Part shown: one piece after another, positions 29,368 to 39,224 of the stretch
How the letters are laid out: every line of letters starts with the position of its first letter
How positions within the stretch are numbered: the first letter of the stretch is position 1
From: Bradymonadales bacterium
GTDB lineage: Bacteria; Myxococcota_A; Bradymonadia; UBA4248
Direction of reading: 5' to 3'
Assembly (NCBI GenBank): GCA_041656175.1
Contig: JBBAEA010000002.1
Location: 3,697-67,696, forward strand
DNA length: 64,000 nt
Notes under the pieces: generated by a model
The model's database searches: none
What the model was told of the DNA's origin: nothing
Seen by the model: the letters and a program-made list of their open reading frames with translations, nothing else
Position numbers and translations under genes: made by a program

Positions 29368-30795
29368 TTAGGAAAGCAATCGGTGTCCCATCTCGAAGAT
29401 GGGGCCACCACCAAAAATGAGCAAACAGTCATTAGCTTGGAGAATAGCCGCGAGGTGCTCTTCGAGTGCGCGCATGCTCGGAAAAGCATAAGCGTCGCGA
29501 CCAAGCGCTTGAATTTTAAGGGCGAGCGCATCGGAGCTGATGCCCTCGACGTGGGCTTCACCAGCGGGGTCAAGCGGGGCGAGTGCGATATGATCGGCGA
29601 GCGCGAGACTTTGGGCGAGTTCATGCCAGTGGTGGGTGCAAAGACTGTAGCGGTAGGGCTGAAATACAGCGATGACGCGTTGTTCGTACTGTTTTTGCCA
29701 AAGTATGTCGTTTTTGATGGACGTGGGGTGGCTAGCGTAGTCGGTGACCAAGGAGATTTGCCGTGCGTCGTTGCGGCTGTGTTGGCAGCGGTCGATGAGG
29801 CCGGGGTAGTGGGCAAGTGCGCTAGTGATGTGTTGGGGGGCGATACCGAGGAGCTTGGCTAAGCTCGCCGCGGCGAAAAGATTGTAAGCATTGGAGAGGC
29901 CGCCAAGGGCGGGTCGGATAGGGATTTGCGCGTCGCGGGCTTGTAGCCGAAAGTCAATGAGCCCGCTGGGTTTTAGCTCTTTGTGGCTAGCAGTGAAATC
30001 CCAGTCGATAGGCTCAGTGGATCCTTTATGAGACCAAATGGCTAAGTAGAGATGGGGGGATTTGGGGATTTGTTTAAGCAGATCTGCGGCGCCAACCCCG
30101 TCATATTGAAATAATATTCGAGTTCCGTGCGCAAGACAGTTTTTTATGAGTTCTGCGAAACTATCCACGATTTTTTGGAGGCTGCCATAAACGTTGAGAT
30201 GATCGGCTTCGATGTTGTTGATGAGTAGGTAGCTGGGGCGATGCAACTCGTGGGTTCTGTCGGATTCGTCAACTTCGACAATGAGGTATTCGGCGTTTTG
30301 TACGTAGCGTGCAGCTCTGGGTTCGCCCTTGATAGGAGCGCCTAAGATGTAGGAAGTACGTAGCTTTGCGCTTTGGCATATGGCGAGTATTGCGCCCGCG
30401 GTGGTGCCCTTACCGTGGGTTCCGCAAACGGCGATGGAGCAGGGGTGGGCTTGAGTAATTTTGGCTAGAAAGTGTCCGCGTTTGATGGCGATTCCGCGTC
30501 TTTGTGCTTCGGCGCGTTCGGGGTTTTGCACAGGGATGGCGCTGGAATAGATCACACAGTCGGCGTCTCCCAAGTTCTCGGCCACTTGCGTTGTGTAGAC
30601 GCGGGCGCCTGCTTCTCGAAGCTCTGCAAGCGCTTCGCCATCGCGGCAGTCGCTTCCGCGTACGTCGTAGCCCGCCTCTAACATGTAGCGCGCTAGGCTC
30701 GACATCCCAGCGCCAGCGATACCTATAAAATGAAGGCGCTGTGGAATATCGCTACTGATATTACGGTTTTCTTGCATCTTCTCGCAATTCCTCAA
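29368..30795 (-). CDS. murC: Mur ligase, UDP-N-acetylmuramate--L-alanine ligase (MurC/Mpl family)
   Basis: 475 aa. HFIGIAGAGMSSLARYMLEAGYDVRGSD N-terminal Rossmann. GTHGKGTT P-loop. Start overlaps the 3' end of the upstream gene; an internal Met at 30777 is possible. Confidence 0.7.
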   Translation of the reverse strand: MRNCEKMQENRNISSDIPQRLHFIGIAGAGMSSLARYMLEAGYDVRGSDCRDGEALAELREAGARVYTTQVAENLGDADCVIYSSAIPVQNPERAEAQRRGIAIKRGHFLAKITQAHPCSIAVCGTHGKGTTAGAILAICQSAKLRTSYILGAPIKGEPRAARYVQNAEYLIVEVDESDRTHELHRPSYLLINNIEADHLNVYGSLQKIVDSFAELIKNCLAHGTRILFQYDGVGAADLLKQIPKSPHLYLAIWSHKGSTEPIDWDFTASHKELKPSGLIDFRLQARDAQIPIRPALGGLSNAYNLFAAASLAKLLGIAPQHITSALAHYPGLIDRCQHSRNDARQISLVTDYASHPTSIKNDILWQKQYEQRVIAVFQPYRYSLCTHHWHELAQSLALADHIALAPLDPAGEAHVEGISSDALALKIQALGRDAYAFPSMRALEEHLAAILQANDCLLIFGGGPIFEMGHRLLS

Positions 30796-32338
30796 GTTTA
30801 AATCGCTCCACCTTCCGGATCAGGTTACGTCGGCTAATGCCCAGCTCGACTGCTGTTTTGGTTTTGTTCCAATGGTTGCGCTCTAAAGAATTGAAAATCA
30901 TGGTCTTTTCAATGTTTTCGAGGGTGTCGGGCATGTTGACTTCGTGGTCCATATTTCGTAGCTGCTCAGAAACCATGTCTTGAGCGATCGCGGTGCTCTC
31001 TCGCATACTATAAGGTCTCGCTATACGCGGACTAACAACGCTAAGGGGAATTTCGCTATCGATGGGCGACAAAACCACTATGCGTTCAACTTCGTTTTCG
31101 AGCTCTCGAACGTTACCAGGCCAATCGTATTGTACAAGGGCACGCATCGCTTCTTTTGAAATTTTCTTTGGCTTGTAGCCGTTTTCGTGGCATTTTTTCT
31201 CAATAAAATGCTGTATTAACGCAACAATGTCGTCGCGGCGCTCTGCTAGCGATGGCACACGCAGCGTAATAACATTTATCCTATAATAAAGGTCGCGCCT
31301 GAAACTGCCGTTTTCGACCATTTCATCGAGGTTCTTGTTGGTAGCCGCGATAATCCGCACATCCACTCGTCTTGTCACGGAATCGCCAACGGGCACGAAG
31401 GTTCCCTCTTGCAAAACACGCAGTAACTTCACCTGCAAAGCCGCCGACATATCGCCTATTTCGTCCAAAAAGAAGCTTCCCTTATCGGCGACCTCAAATA
31501 GCCCGGGCTTATCGATGTAGGCGCCAGTGAAGGCGCCGCGTTTGTGGCCAAATAGCTCTGAATCGAGTAGCGAATCGTTGAGTGCCGAGCAGTTTTGTAT
31601 AACAAAGGGCGCGTTTGCTCGCGGGCCATTATAGTGGATAGCGCGCGCGACGAGTTCCTTGCCCACGCCCGGGGGACCCAAAATTAAGACCGACGACTCG
31701 CTTTGGACGACTTTATCGAGCGTTTTGAACAATTGTTTTATGGGGGCACTGCCACCGATGATGTGAGAGTAATCGTATTTTGTTTCGGGTTTTTCTATTT
31801 CGGGAGCAGGTTTTTCGCCTAAATGCTGTGCCGCGCTTTGTGCGATTTGTGCCAATAATTCTCCAGCGATTTGGGCTTCGCGGGGCTGTAAACGTACAGT
31901 TTCACGAAATCCATGAGAAACCAGCGTTCTGTTGAGCCCGAGCTCTTTGCCTCGCTCAAAAACGCAGCTTTCTTCCTCGATTCCCGCATTATGCGATAGG
32001 AAACCAGAGGCAAAAATCGCGCCCACGACTTCTTTGCCGACGATGACGGGTGCGGCGAGCCCGCGCAGACCAGCGTGACACTCCAAAAACACAAAAGCTG
32101 CTGCCTCCTTGCTCAAGTCCTCGAACCACTCCGCGTAACTCAGCGCGCACGAACGCGAGTCGCTACGGCTCAAAAACGCATCGCACAACGGCTTATCAAC
32201 CGCTTGCTGCTCGCCTAAATACGTCACCAAACCACGCGGCCCCAAAATCCCCACCCACACGTTGAGTTGTTTTCGTAAAATTTCGGCCAAACGTTCTACC
32301 GTTGGCAAATTCGCTATTTCGTACCAATTAATCATCAA
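30761..32338 (-). CDS. Sigma-54-dependent transcriptional activator (sensor domain, AAA+, HTH)
   Basis: 525 aa. GPPGVGKE Walker A. GAFTGA sigma-54 contact motif. DWPGNVRELEN. C-terminal Fis-type HTH. Confidence 0.85.
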   Translation of the reverse strand: MMINWYEIANLPTVERLAEILRKQLNVWVGILGPRGLVTYLGEQQAVDKPLCDAFLSRSDSRSCALSYAEWFEDLSKEAAAFVFLECHAGLRGLAAPVIVGKEVVGAIFASGFLSHNAGIEEESCVFERGKELGLNRTLVSHGFRETVRLQPREAQIAGELLAQIAQSAAQHLGEKPAPEIEKPETKYDYSHIIGGSAPIKQLFKTLDKVVQSESSVLILGPPGVGKELVARAIHYNGPRANAPFVIQNCSALNDSLLDSELFGHKRGAFTGAYIDKPGLFEVADKGSFFLDEIGDMSAALQVKLLRVLQEGTFVPVGDSVTRRVDVRIIAATNKNLDEMVENGSFRRDLYYRINVITLRVPSLAERRDDIVALIQHFIEKKCHENGYKPKKISKEAMRALVQYDWPGNVRELENEVERIVVLSPIDSEIPLSVVSPRIARPYSMRESTAIAQDMVSEQLRNMDHEVNMPDTLENIEKTMIFNSLERNHWNKTKTAVELGISRRNLIRKVERFKLEELREDARKP

Positions 32339-32442
32339 AGTGTCTGCTAAATGGGCATAAACGAGTGAAATTATCTATAAATATAAATTTTGTTCGGTTG
32401 TTGCTTTAATAGTACGCCGACTGTTAAAGAGAATTTCCTTTT

Positions 32443-32596
32443 TTGTGGGCGGGGGAAGTGTCCCCCCTCGCCAAAGCCTCCTCACAAAATACAGCAGCGA
32501 GCGCTTTATAAAATGCGGTGTTTTAGCTATTCGCTAAACCACCGCATTTTATGCGTTCGCTGTGCCTTTTCTTCGGGGGTCTTTGGCTCCCCCCTC
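32443..32596 (+). repeat. Family-1 structured element, copy 1f (degenerate)
   Basis: TTTTGTGGGCGGGGGAAGTGTCCCCCCTCGCC...GGGGGTCTTTGGCTCCCCCCTC. Internal palindrome AAAATGCGGTG...CACCGCATTTT. Confidence 0.6.
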
Positions 32597-32772
32597 TAAA
32601 TTTTCGGTATGGCCACAACAAGTTTCACCGCGATGGGCGTCTTGCGCAAGTTTGGCAAAGCGCTCTTGCTGAGCACTGGCTATGCTAACATAACAACCGC
32701 GTGATTGCATGTGGATTCTAGGAGTGCGCTTATATGCGCGAAGGACTCAGCAAGGACAGCCGAGTATTCGAA

Positions 32773-32860
32773 AAATCAATAAAATCAAGGCACTATACAG
32801 AAAATAGCGTTTAAAGACGACAGCCCTTAGCTGGGCGTGGTGCAGCGCCCCAATAAATTA
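32773..32860 (+). repeat. Family-4 element, 3' module only (copy 4d)
   Basis: AATAAAATCAAGGCA...CAGCCCTTAGCTGGGCGTGGTGCAGCGCCCCAATAAAT. Confidence 0.5.
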
Positions 32861-33003
32861 GAGCTTCCTTTGCCTATTGAGGATTTGCGCTTGTCGATAT
32901 TTTTTCTGCGGCGCTTTACAAACTGTGATTATTGTAAAAACGTCCAAAAACTATGTATAGCTGTTGTTACCGCGTGTTTGCGGTTGCTTACCCGGAGTTT
33001 TGA

Positions 33004-34017
33004 ATGCCAGAGAAATACTACCAACTTCCCTACGACTACGAGCCTTTGCTTGATTTACGCCAAACGCAGGTTGCCATAAAATTTGTCAAAGATGCTTTTG
33101 AGCGAGAGTTGGCTCAAGCGCTCAATTTGAGTCGTGTCACGGCGCCGTTATTCGTGACGCCATCGAGCGGCTTAAACGATGAACTCAGCGGCGTGGAGCG
33201 ACCTGTAAGCTTTGCAGCCGCATCGTGTAGTGAAGAACTAGAAATAGTTCATTCATTAGCGAAGTGGAAGCGCATGGCGCTTGCGCGATACGGCTTTACA
33301 GCGGGGGAGGGTTTGTATACGGATATGAACGCGATACGTCGCGATGAATATTGTGATAGCCTGCACTCGATCTACGTCGATCAATGGGATTGGGAGCGGG
33401 TGATGCTCGAGGATGAACGCAATTTTGCCTACCTCCTCGATACGGTTGAGCGCATTTACGCGGCTATCAAGTCGATAGAGTGGTTAGTGCGTAGCCGCTT
33501 TCCAGTGATTAAACCGAGCTTACCCGATAATATATTTTTTATTACTTCGCAGGATCTCCTCAATCGTTACCCCGATAAGACGCCTAAGCAGCGCGAAGCG
33601 ACAATTGCCGAGACTTACGGCGCGGTATTTATCATTGGGATTGGGGGGAAGCTGAGTAACAATGAGCCCCACGACTTGCGCGCCCCAGACTATGACGATT
33701 GGACCTTAAACGGTGATATTATTCTATGGAACGATGTCTTGAATTGTGCGTTCGAACTAAGTAGTATGGGCATACGTGTAGATCCACCCGCTCTGCGTAG
33801 GCAGTTAGATCTTGTCAATGGTAAGAGCCGTGAGAATCTACCCTTTCATAAGTCTTTGCTTCAAGGGGAGCTGCCCTTAACCATCGGTGGTGGTATTGGG
33901 CAGTCGCGGCTTTGTATGCAATTATTAAAGAAGGCCCATATCGGCGAGGTGCAAGTGAGCCATTGGCCAAAACGTGTTTTGGAAGAGTGCCAGAGTTATG
34001 GCATTGAGCTACTATAG
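33004..34017 (+). CDS. asnA: Aspartate--ammonia ligase (asparagine synthetase A)
   Basis: 337 aa. Class-II aaRS-like AsnA fold: ..SIYVDQWDWERV.., ..LTIGGGIGQSRLCM... Confidence 0.85.
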   Translation: MPEKYYQLPYDYEPLLDLRQTQVAIKFVKDAFERELAQALNLSRVTAPLFVTPSSGLNDELSGVERPVSFAAASCSEELEIVHSLAKWKRMALARYGFTAGEGLYTDMNAIRRDEYCDSLHSIYVDQWDWERVMLEDERNFAYLLDTVERIYAAIKSIEWLVRSRFPVIKPSLPDNIFFITSQDLLNRYPDKTPKQREATIAETYGAVFIIGIGGKLSNNEPHDLRAPDYDDWTLNGDIILWNDVLNCAFELSSMGIRVDPPALRRQLDLVNGKSRENLPFHKSLLQGELPLTIGGGIGQSRLCMQLLKKAHIGEVQVSHWPKRVLEECQSYGIELL

Positions 34018-34097
34018 TTTTGGTAGCATTTGAGAATCTAGCGATCGTTGTTTTTTGACACGCTGAGATCAGAATGGAGTAAACTGAGGAGAATTTT

Positions 34098-34739
34098 ATG
34101 GGAAAACGATTATTTATCCTTTTTGTAGCATCACTACTCGTTTTTGCAGGCTTAGGCCTCGCCCATGCGCCAGAGGCGAAAGCCGACACGAGTAAGACAG
34201 GCTTCGATTTGCTGCTCGGCATTGGTATGCAGTTTTGTACAGACGATGATGATAAGTGTAATACGAGCGAGAGCTTAAGCGCTGTGGGAGGACTTAGCGC
34301 TGGCTACACCTTCGAGTTGCACCCCATGTTTGCCATTGGGCCGTTTTTTGACCTTGATATGGGCGGCCTAGATGGCAAAGGCGTGGACAGATCCTTTACG
34401 ATGCAGGCCAATCTTATGCTAAAAGCTTTCGTTCGTCCCACGTATTTCGACTTTTGGCTGGGGCTAGGCGTGGGCTTTGCGCATTATCAACAAACCGTTG
34501 AGTTTTTAAACAGCGAAGTTACGGCCAAATGGAATGGTGGTTCGCTAAAAGTTAGCATCGGTGCAACGTATTTTTTACCAATGATGAGCAATATTGGTGT
34601 TGGCATTGACTATGCGTATATTCACAACTACAGCGGGAAGGAGTCTGGAGATTGGGATGGTTATACCATAGAAAGCAACAAGAAGGTCGACTACATTGGA
34701 ATTTCGCAGTTTAAGTTCCACGTGCGATTGAACTTTTAA
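34098..34739 (+). CDS. Small outer-membrane beta-barrel protein (OmpW/OmpA-barrel-like)
   Basis: 213 aa. Signal peptide. Alternating amphipathic strands. C-terminal ...FKFHVRLNF. Confidence 0.5.
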   Translation: MGKRLFILFVASLLVFAGLGLAHAPEAKADTSKTGFDLLLGIGMQFCTDDDDKCNTSESLSAVGGLSAGYTFELHPMFAIGPFFDLDMGGLDGKGVDRSFTMQANLMLKAFVRPTYFDFWLGLGVGFAHYQQTVEFLNSEVTAKWNGGSLKVSIGATYFLPMMSNIGVGIDYAYIHNYSGKESGDWDGYTIESNKKVDYIGISQFKFHVRLNF

Positions 34740-34839
34740 GTGAAGCATTTTGGCGTTATGGGGTGTTGTGCTGAGATGGGGACTTTTTGTTTTCTGAACA
34801 ATATCCGATAATTTGTGTTGTGATTTTGGCGGGGGCAGC

Positions 34840-34968
34840 TTTGAAAGCTGCCCCTTTCTTTATTAACGCCAAAAATTAGACGGGGCGTCGCGGGGTGTCC
34901 CCGCGGAGGGGGTAGTGGCAAACCCGCGCACAGCGCGGGGTTGACACGTAGGGGGAAACTTCCCCCAC
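34840..34968 (+). repeat. Composite fragment: family-4 hairpin (GGGGGCAGCTTTGAAAGCTGCCCC) followed by a miniature family-1-like terminus
   Basis: GGGGGTAGTGGCAAACCCGCGCACAGCGCGGGG...CGTAGGGGGAAACTTCCCCCAC resembles reverse-orientation family-1 ends. Confidence 0.5.
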
Positions 34969-35206
34969 CAAAGAAAAAGACAGCTATATCGAATCAATCA
35001 GCGTATGCCCAGGGCTTGGATGCCGCCATTTTTTAGGGCTATCATGCGCAGTATGGCTAGGCACGGGCTTGCATATTTTTGGCGGATGCTGTTGTTGAGT
35101 GACGCAATAGTTGAAAGAACGATAAATTTCATGATTTGGCATCTTTTATTCTTGTAATTTGCTGCTACTATAAAGCGTGGGGGTGGAAGAATTTGGTAGA
35201 GAGCAA

Positions 35207-36883
35207 ATGAGAAATAATATTTATTACATTTTCATGCTGTTATCGCTAGTGCTTTTGGCGTGTGGTGAAGCGGGTTATTACCCTCAACAACCATCATTTG
35301 ATTGTATGAGCGACGGCGATTGTGGCGATTCGATGCGCTGTTTGGCCAACCGCTGTGTCGATAGCATCGGTTCTGGCGAAGGCACAGTAAAGCCCGTGGA
35401 ACTGGCGCTGCGCATCACTTTGGCAGATAGCCCAGCGTCCACTTATATTAAAAGAAGTTCTTTTGTAGCAGGCGAAGCACTAGAAGACATTTATGTACCT
35501 GAGCCAGTACCCGTAAGTGTTAGCGTGTTTTATAAGGACAAAGCCATAGAAGGCTACGCTGTTTTGTCGCAAAACAGCAATATTGAAGCGGTGAGTTTTG
35601 CGCAAACGGTGGCCTTAGGTAGTGCGGATATGAACTTAGATTCGCGCAAATCTGTATTACCAGGTGTTTATACCATTAGTGTTTATCCGAATAATAGTGC
35701 ATTAAGGCTTCAAATGCCCACGGTTGTATTTAATAATATTTATATCGATCAATCGCGTAAATCTGTTGAACTCGTGATTGGCGATCGCGAAAAAGAAGAG
35801 CAGATGCTTCGCTTGCGAGGCGACGTATTCGCCGATTTTGATGTGCTAGGCGATATGAAAGTAGAATTAAAAGCCTCTCACCGTGGCTCACAGGCGAGTT
35901 CTGCGACTTACCGTTTGAACAAGTCGATGTTAAAGGAAGGTTACGATATTTTGCTTCCGCCGCAACAGAAGGGGGAGGAACGTGTTTATGACGTGAATGC
36001 AAAATATTATCTTGGCGATCACCTCGTTGTAACAGAACGACTTAGTACGGAAACGGTGCTCGTTTCAACTCCAGCATCGGAAGAATGGGAGGAGATAGAA
36101 GGCCGTAGCTTTAACTTATCAAAGCTTTCTAAAATGAGTTACCCCATTCGCGTTGTTTCGGACAATGGCAAAAGCGTAAAGAATGCCGTTATTACTGTTG
36201 ATGCTGTGTCGAAAGATAAAGAGCATCTCATTAAGTTTTCGGCCTCTGCCATGGAGCAGAGCGACGCTAGCGGGCGCGCCAAGATCGATCTTCCAGTCTT
36301 TGGGGAAGACTACCTTATCGACTACCATTTTACCGTAGCATTTGAGAACCAAGATGAATATGCCTCTACTCAAGTAGTCGTTGAAAATGGCTTGCCTAAG
36401 GAACTTGAAATTGTAGTTGGCTACAAAAAAGAGCTCAAAGGCATAGTTTATGGACGCGATAATGACAGCGTAGTGGCGAATGCGCGCGTCATCGCGAGCC
36501 CGCTTAAAAACGCGCTTGGCCGCCTAGAAGCATACACTGATGAAAAGGGCGAGTTTTCGCTTCGCGTGCATGATTCTGAGTATGATGTTTCGATAGTGCC
36601 ACCAGCGAATTCTTCTTATCCCCCAGGCTTCTTTCGCATGAACAGCGGCAGCGCCGTTGATGGGACGGTGGCGCTTATTCTTGGAAAATCAAGTCTCGTA
36701 TTTGGACACTGCTTTAAGCACGATGGCACTACACTTACCAATGCGCAGATTGACGTCTTTCTTATCGAAGATGAGCAGATAGGTGTACTAACGACGACTG
36801 CCACCGACGATGATGGAATGTATAGGGCGTATATACCGCTGATGGATAGTATTATGCCGTCAGTCATGCTTCGCCATTATTAA
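35207..36883 (+). CDS. Hypothetical lipoprotein, beta-rich; possible carboxypeptidase-regulatory-like repeats
   Basis: Signal with lipobox LLACG at the internal Met. A CxxxxCGxxxRC knot near the N-terminus. About 558 aa. Confidence 0.5.
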   Translation: MRNNIYYIFMLLSLVLLACGEAGYYPQQPSFDCMSDGDCGDSMRCLANRCVDSIGSGEGTVKPVELALRITLADSPASTYIKRSSFVAGEALEDIYVPEPVPVSVSVFYKDKAIEGYAVLSQNSNIEAVSFAQTVALGSADMNLDSRKSVLPGVYTISVYPNNSALRLQMPTVVFNNIYIDQSRKSVELVIGDREKEEQMLRLRGDVFADFDVLGDMKVELKASHRGSQASSATYRLNKSMLKEGYDILLPPQQKGEERVYDVNAKYYLGDHLVVTERLSTETVLVSTPASEEWEEIEGRSFNLSKLSKMSYPIRVVSDNGKSVKNAVITVDAVSKDKEHLIKFSASAMEQSDASGRAKIDLPVFGEDYLIDYHFTVAFENQDEYASTQVVVENGLPKELEIVVGYKKELKGIVYGRDNDSVVANARVIASPLKNALGRLEAYTDEKGEFSLRVHDSEYDVSIVPPANSSYPPGFFRMNSGSAVDGTVALILGKSSLVFGHCFKHDGTTLTNAQIDVFLIEDEQIGVLTTTATDDDGMYRAYIPLMDSIMPSVMLRHY

Positions 36884-36928
36884 TACGTTGATGGGCAATT
36901 TTGTACTATTTCGTCGTAAACAGTACTT

Positions 36929-37110
36929 AAGGACGCTCTGATCAACACAAAAACCGTAGGGGCAGGTTTCAAACCTTCCCTTGCTTAAAGCAAGGAAAAT
37001 CAGGCGAACGTTTAAAATAAAGCCAATAAAATCAAGGCAGTATGCAAACAAAGGGTTCTAAGGTCGCTAGCCCTTAGCGGGGTTTGGGGCGGAGCCCCAA
37101 AAATAAATCA
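36929..37110 (+). repeat. Family-4 element, copy 4b, including the upstream TTAAGGAnnCTCTGA motif
   Basis: TTAAGGACGCTCTGATCAACAC..GTAGGGGCAGGTTTCAAACCTTCCCTTG...GGGTTCTAAGGTCGCTAGCCCTTAGCGGGGTTTGGGGCGGAGCCCCAAAAATAAATCA. Confidence 0.7.
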
Positions 37111-37127
37111 GAACTTTCCTCAAAAAC

Positions 37128-38795
37128 ATGCTAAAATTTCTAGCTTGCTATTTTTTGTCGCAAATGAGAAAATACCATCAAGCTTGTAGCTGGGTTAGGC
37201 GAGCATTTGCTTGTGGGTGCATGAGCTGGTTCTTACTTGGCACGACTACGCTAACGCTGAGCGCTTGTAAAAGAGATGTTTTTATAGGCGATAGCACGAC
37301 ACAGGATGGAAAGTCTATGCAGAGATTGCGAAAAGCAGCTTTGGCTGGCACTTGGTATACTGCTAATCCCAAATCCTTGCGAAAATCTATTGTTCAATAT
37401 TTAGAAGAAGCGCAGCCCAAGCGCATTGGCTTTGAGCAGAACCCCTTGGCTCTTGTTATACCGCATGCTGGGCATCAGTGGTCTGGCTCTACTGCAGCCA
37501 GTGCCTACGTCAATATTCCCAAAGCCAACGAAATTCGCCGCGTTTTTATATTGTCTCCAAACCATCGCATGCCAGTTCGTGGAGTGGTGACGGATCGTGT
37601 CGACGCGTTCTCGACACCGCTTGGGGATGTGCCTGTAGACAGTGCGCTCATCAATGATTGGTTGGAGCGCGACTTGATAGGCGAGAGCTCGCAAGCGCAC
37701 CGTCAAGAGCACGCTATCGAAATCCAGTTGCCCTTTCTACAAACGATATTGGAAGACTTCAGCATTGTTCCTCTCATTGTGGGACAGCTCGATAAAGATG
37801 AATTATTAAAATTTAGCAGGGCATTAAAAGAGAGTCTAAAACCCAACGATTTACTCGTCATATCGAGTGATTTTCTGCACTACGGCGAGGGATTTGGATA
37901 CGTTCCTTTTGGAGCACCAGTCATCGAAAATATTCGCCAATACGATATGGCCACTTTTGAGGCGATAAGCGCGTTAGATGTTCATGTTTTTGAAGAGCAT
38001 ATCTTAAAAGAGCCGCACTGCGCATGCGGTTCGAACTCGCTGTGGGTGCTTAGCGCAGTTTTTCAAGACAGCAAGAGCGTAGTTGTTAAGCTCGACTACA
38101 ACACATCCGCCATGATCTCGGGCGAAGACGACATGTCGGTCTCCTACATGGCACTAGCCGTGGTTCCCAAAACTTCTATTAAGGCTGATATTCAGTCTTC
38201 AACGGAGCATAATAAAATGATAAGCCAGAATCCATTGCAGCCAAATGAAACCATTCAAGCACTAAAACTGGCGCGCATAGCCTTGAACGCAGGGGTGGCT
38301 GCGGGTGAGAGCACAGATTTTGACCTCGACGCCATAAAGGCAGCTGAATTAGACTTAAGCCCTGTCTTTAAGGAAGAATACGGCGTCTTTGTTACACTTA
38401 AGCAAAACGACGAGCTACGTGGTTGCATTGGCAATATCTTGCCCTACGCCAATTTGGCGCGTTCTATCTGGGGAAGGGCGCAGGATGCTGCGTTGGGCGA
38501 CCCTCGTTTTGAAGATGTGCAGCCCGAGGAATTGGCGCATATATCTCTAGAGATATCAGTGCTAACGCGTCCGCAAAAAGTCACTAGCTTCGAAGATATT
38601 GTTATTGGGAAGCACGGCATTATTCTAAAAAAGCAAGGCAGAACCTCGGTCTTTTTACCGCAAGTAGCGCCTGAGCAAGGTTGGACGTTGGAGCAAACCC
38701 TAGGTGCTTTAGCGCAAAAAGCGGGCTTCTCTTCTAACGCGTGGCGAAGTGATACGCAGCTCGAAGTCTTTGAAGCGCAAGTATTCTCGGAGTAA
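37128..38795 (+). CDS. Fusion of a MEMO1-family domain (AmmeMemoRadiSam system protein B) with a C-terminal AMMECR1 domain (protein A)
   Basis: 555 aa. LALVIPHAGHQWSGSTAASAY..ILSPNH is Memo-like. The C-terminal GVFVTLKQNDELRGCIGNILP is the AMMECR1 signature. A likely signal or lipoprotein start sits at the internal Met near 37221. Confidence 0.75.
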   Translation: MLKFLACYFLSQMRKYHQACSWVRRAFACGCMSWFLLGTTTLTLSACKRDVFIGDSTTQDGKSMQRLRKAALAGTWYTANPKSLRKSIVQYLEEAQPKRIGFEQNPLALVIPHAGHQWSGSTAASAYVNIPKANEIRRVFILSPNHRMPVRGVVTDRVDAFSTPLGDVPVDSALINDWLERDLIGESSQAHRQEHAIEIQLPFLQTILEDFSIVPLIVGQLDKDELLKFSRALKESLKPNDLLVISSDFLHYGEGFGYVPFGAPVIENIRQYDMATFEAISALDVHVFEEHILKEPHCACGSNSLWVLSAVFQDSKSVVVKLDYNTSAMISGEDDMSVSYMALAVVPKTSIKADIQSSTEHNKMISQNPLQPNETIQALKLARIALNAGVAAGESTDFDLDAIKAAELDLSPVFKEEYGVFVTLKQNDELRGCIGNILPYANLARSIWGRAQDAALGDPRFEDVQPEELAHISLEISVLTRPQKVTSFEDIVIGKHGIILKKQGRTSVFLPQVAPEQGWTLEQTLGALAQKAGFSSNAWRSDTQLEVFEAQVFSE

Positions 38796-38824
38796 GTTGC
38801 GCGCGAACGCGTTCATTGATGGCA

Positions 38825-39221
38825 CTTTCGTGTCTTTAAATTTTTAACCACGAAAGCCACGAAAACACACGAAAAGTTTTTTATTCTTAGATGTCCAGCT
38901 TGATATGTAATAATCTTTCGTGCCTTTTGTGTCTTTAAATTTTTAACCACGAAAGCCACGAAAACACACGAAAAGTTTTTTATTCTTAGATGTCCAGCTT
39001 GATATGTAATAATCTTTCGTGTATTTCGTGGCAAAAAAAAAGCTTTCGAGCCTTTCGTGTATTTCGTGGCAAAAAAAAGCTTTCGAGCCTTTCGTGTATT
39101 TCGTGGTAAAAAAGCTTTCGAGCCTTTTGTGTATTTCGTGGCAAAAAAAGCTTTCGCGCCTTTCGTGTATTTCGTGGTAAAAAAGCTTTCGAGCCTTTTG
39201 TGTATTTCGTGGCAAAAAAAG
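38825..39221 (-). repeat. Tandem array B: 2 units of about 100 bp plus 6 units of about 37 bp. Reverse-complement, diverged relative of array A
   Basis: Units at 38835 and 38934 are near-identical. Then six copies of CGTGTATTTCGTGG(C/T)AAAAAAAGCTTTCGAGCCTTT. About 85% identical to the array-A unit on the opposite strand. Confidence 0.85.
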
Positions 39222-39224
39222 GCC

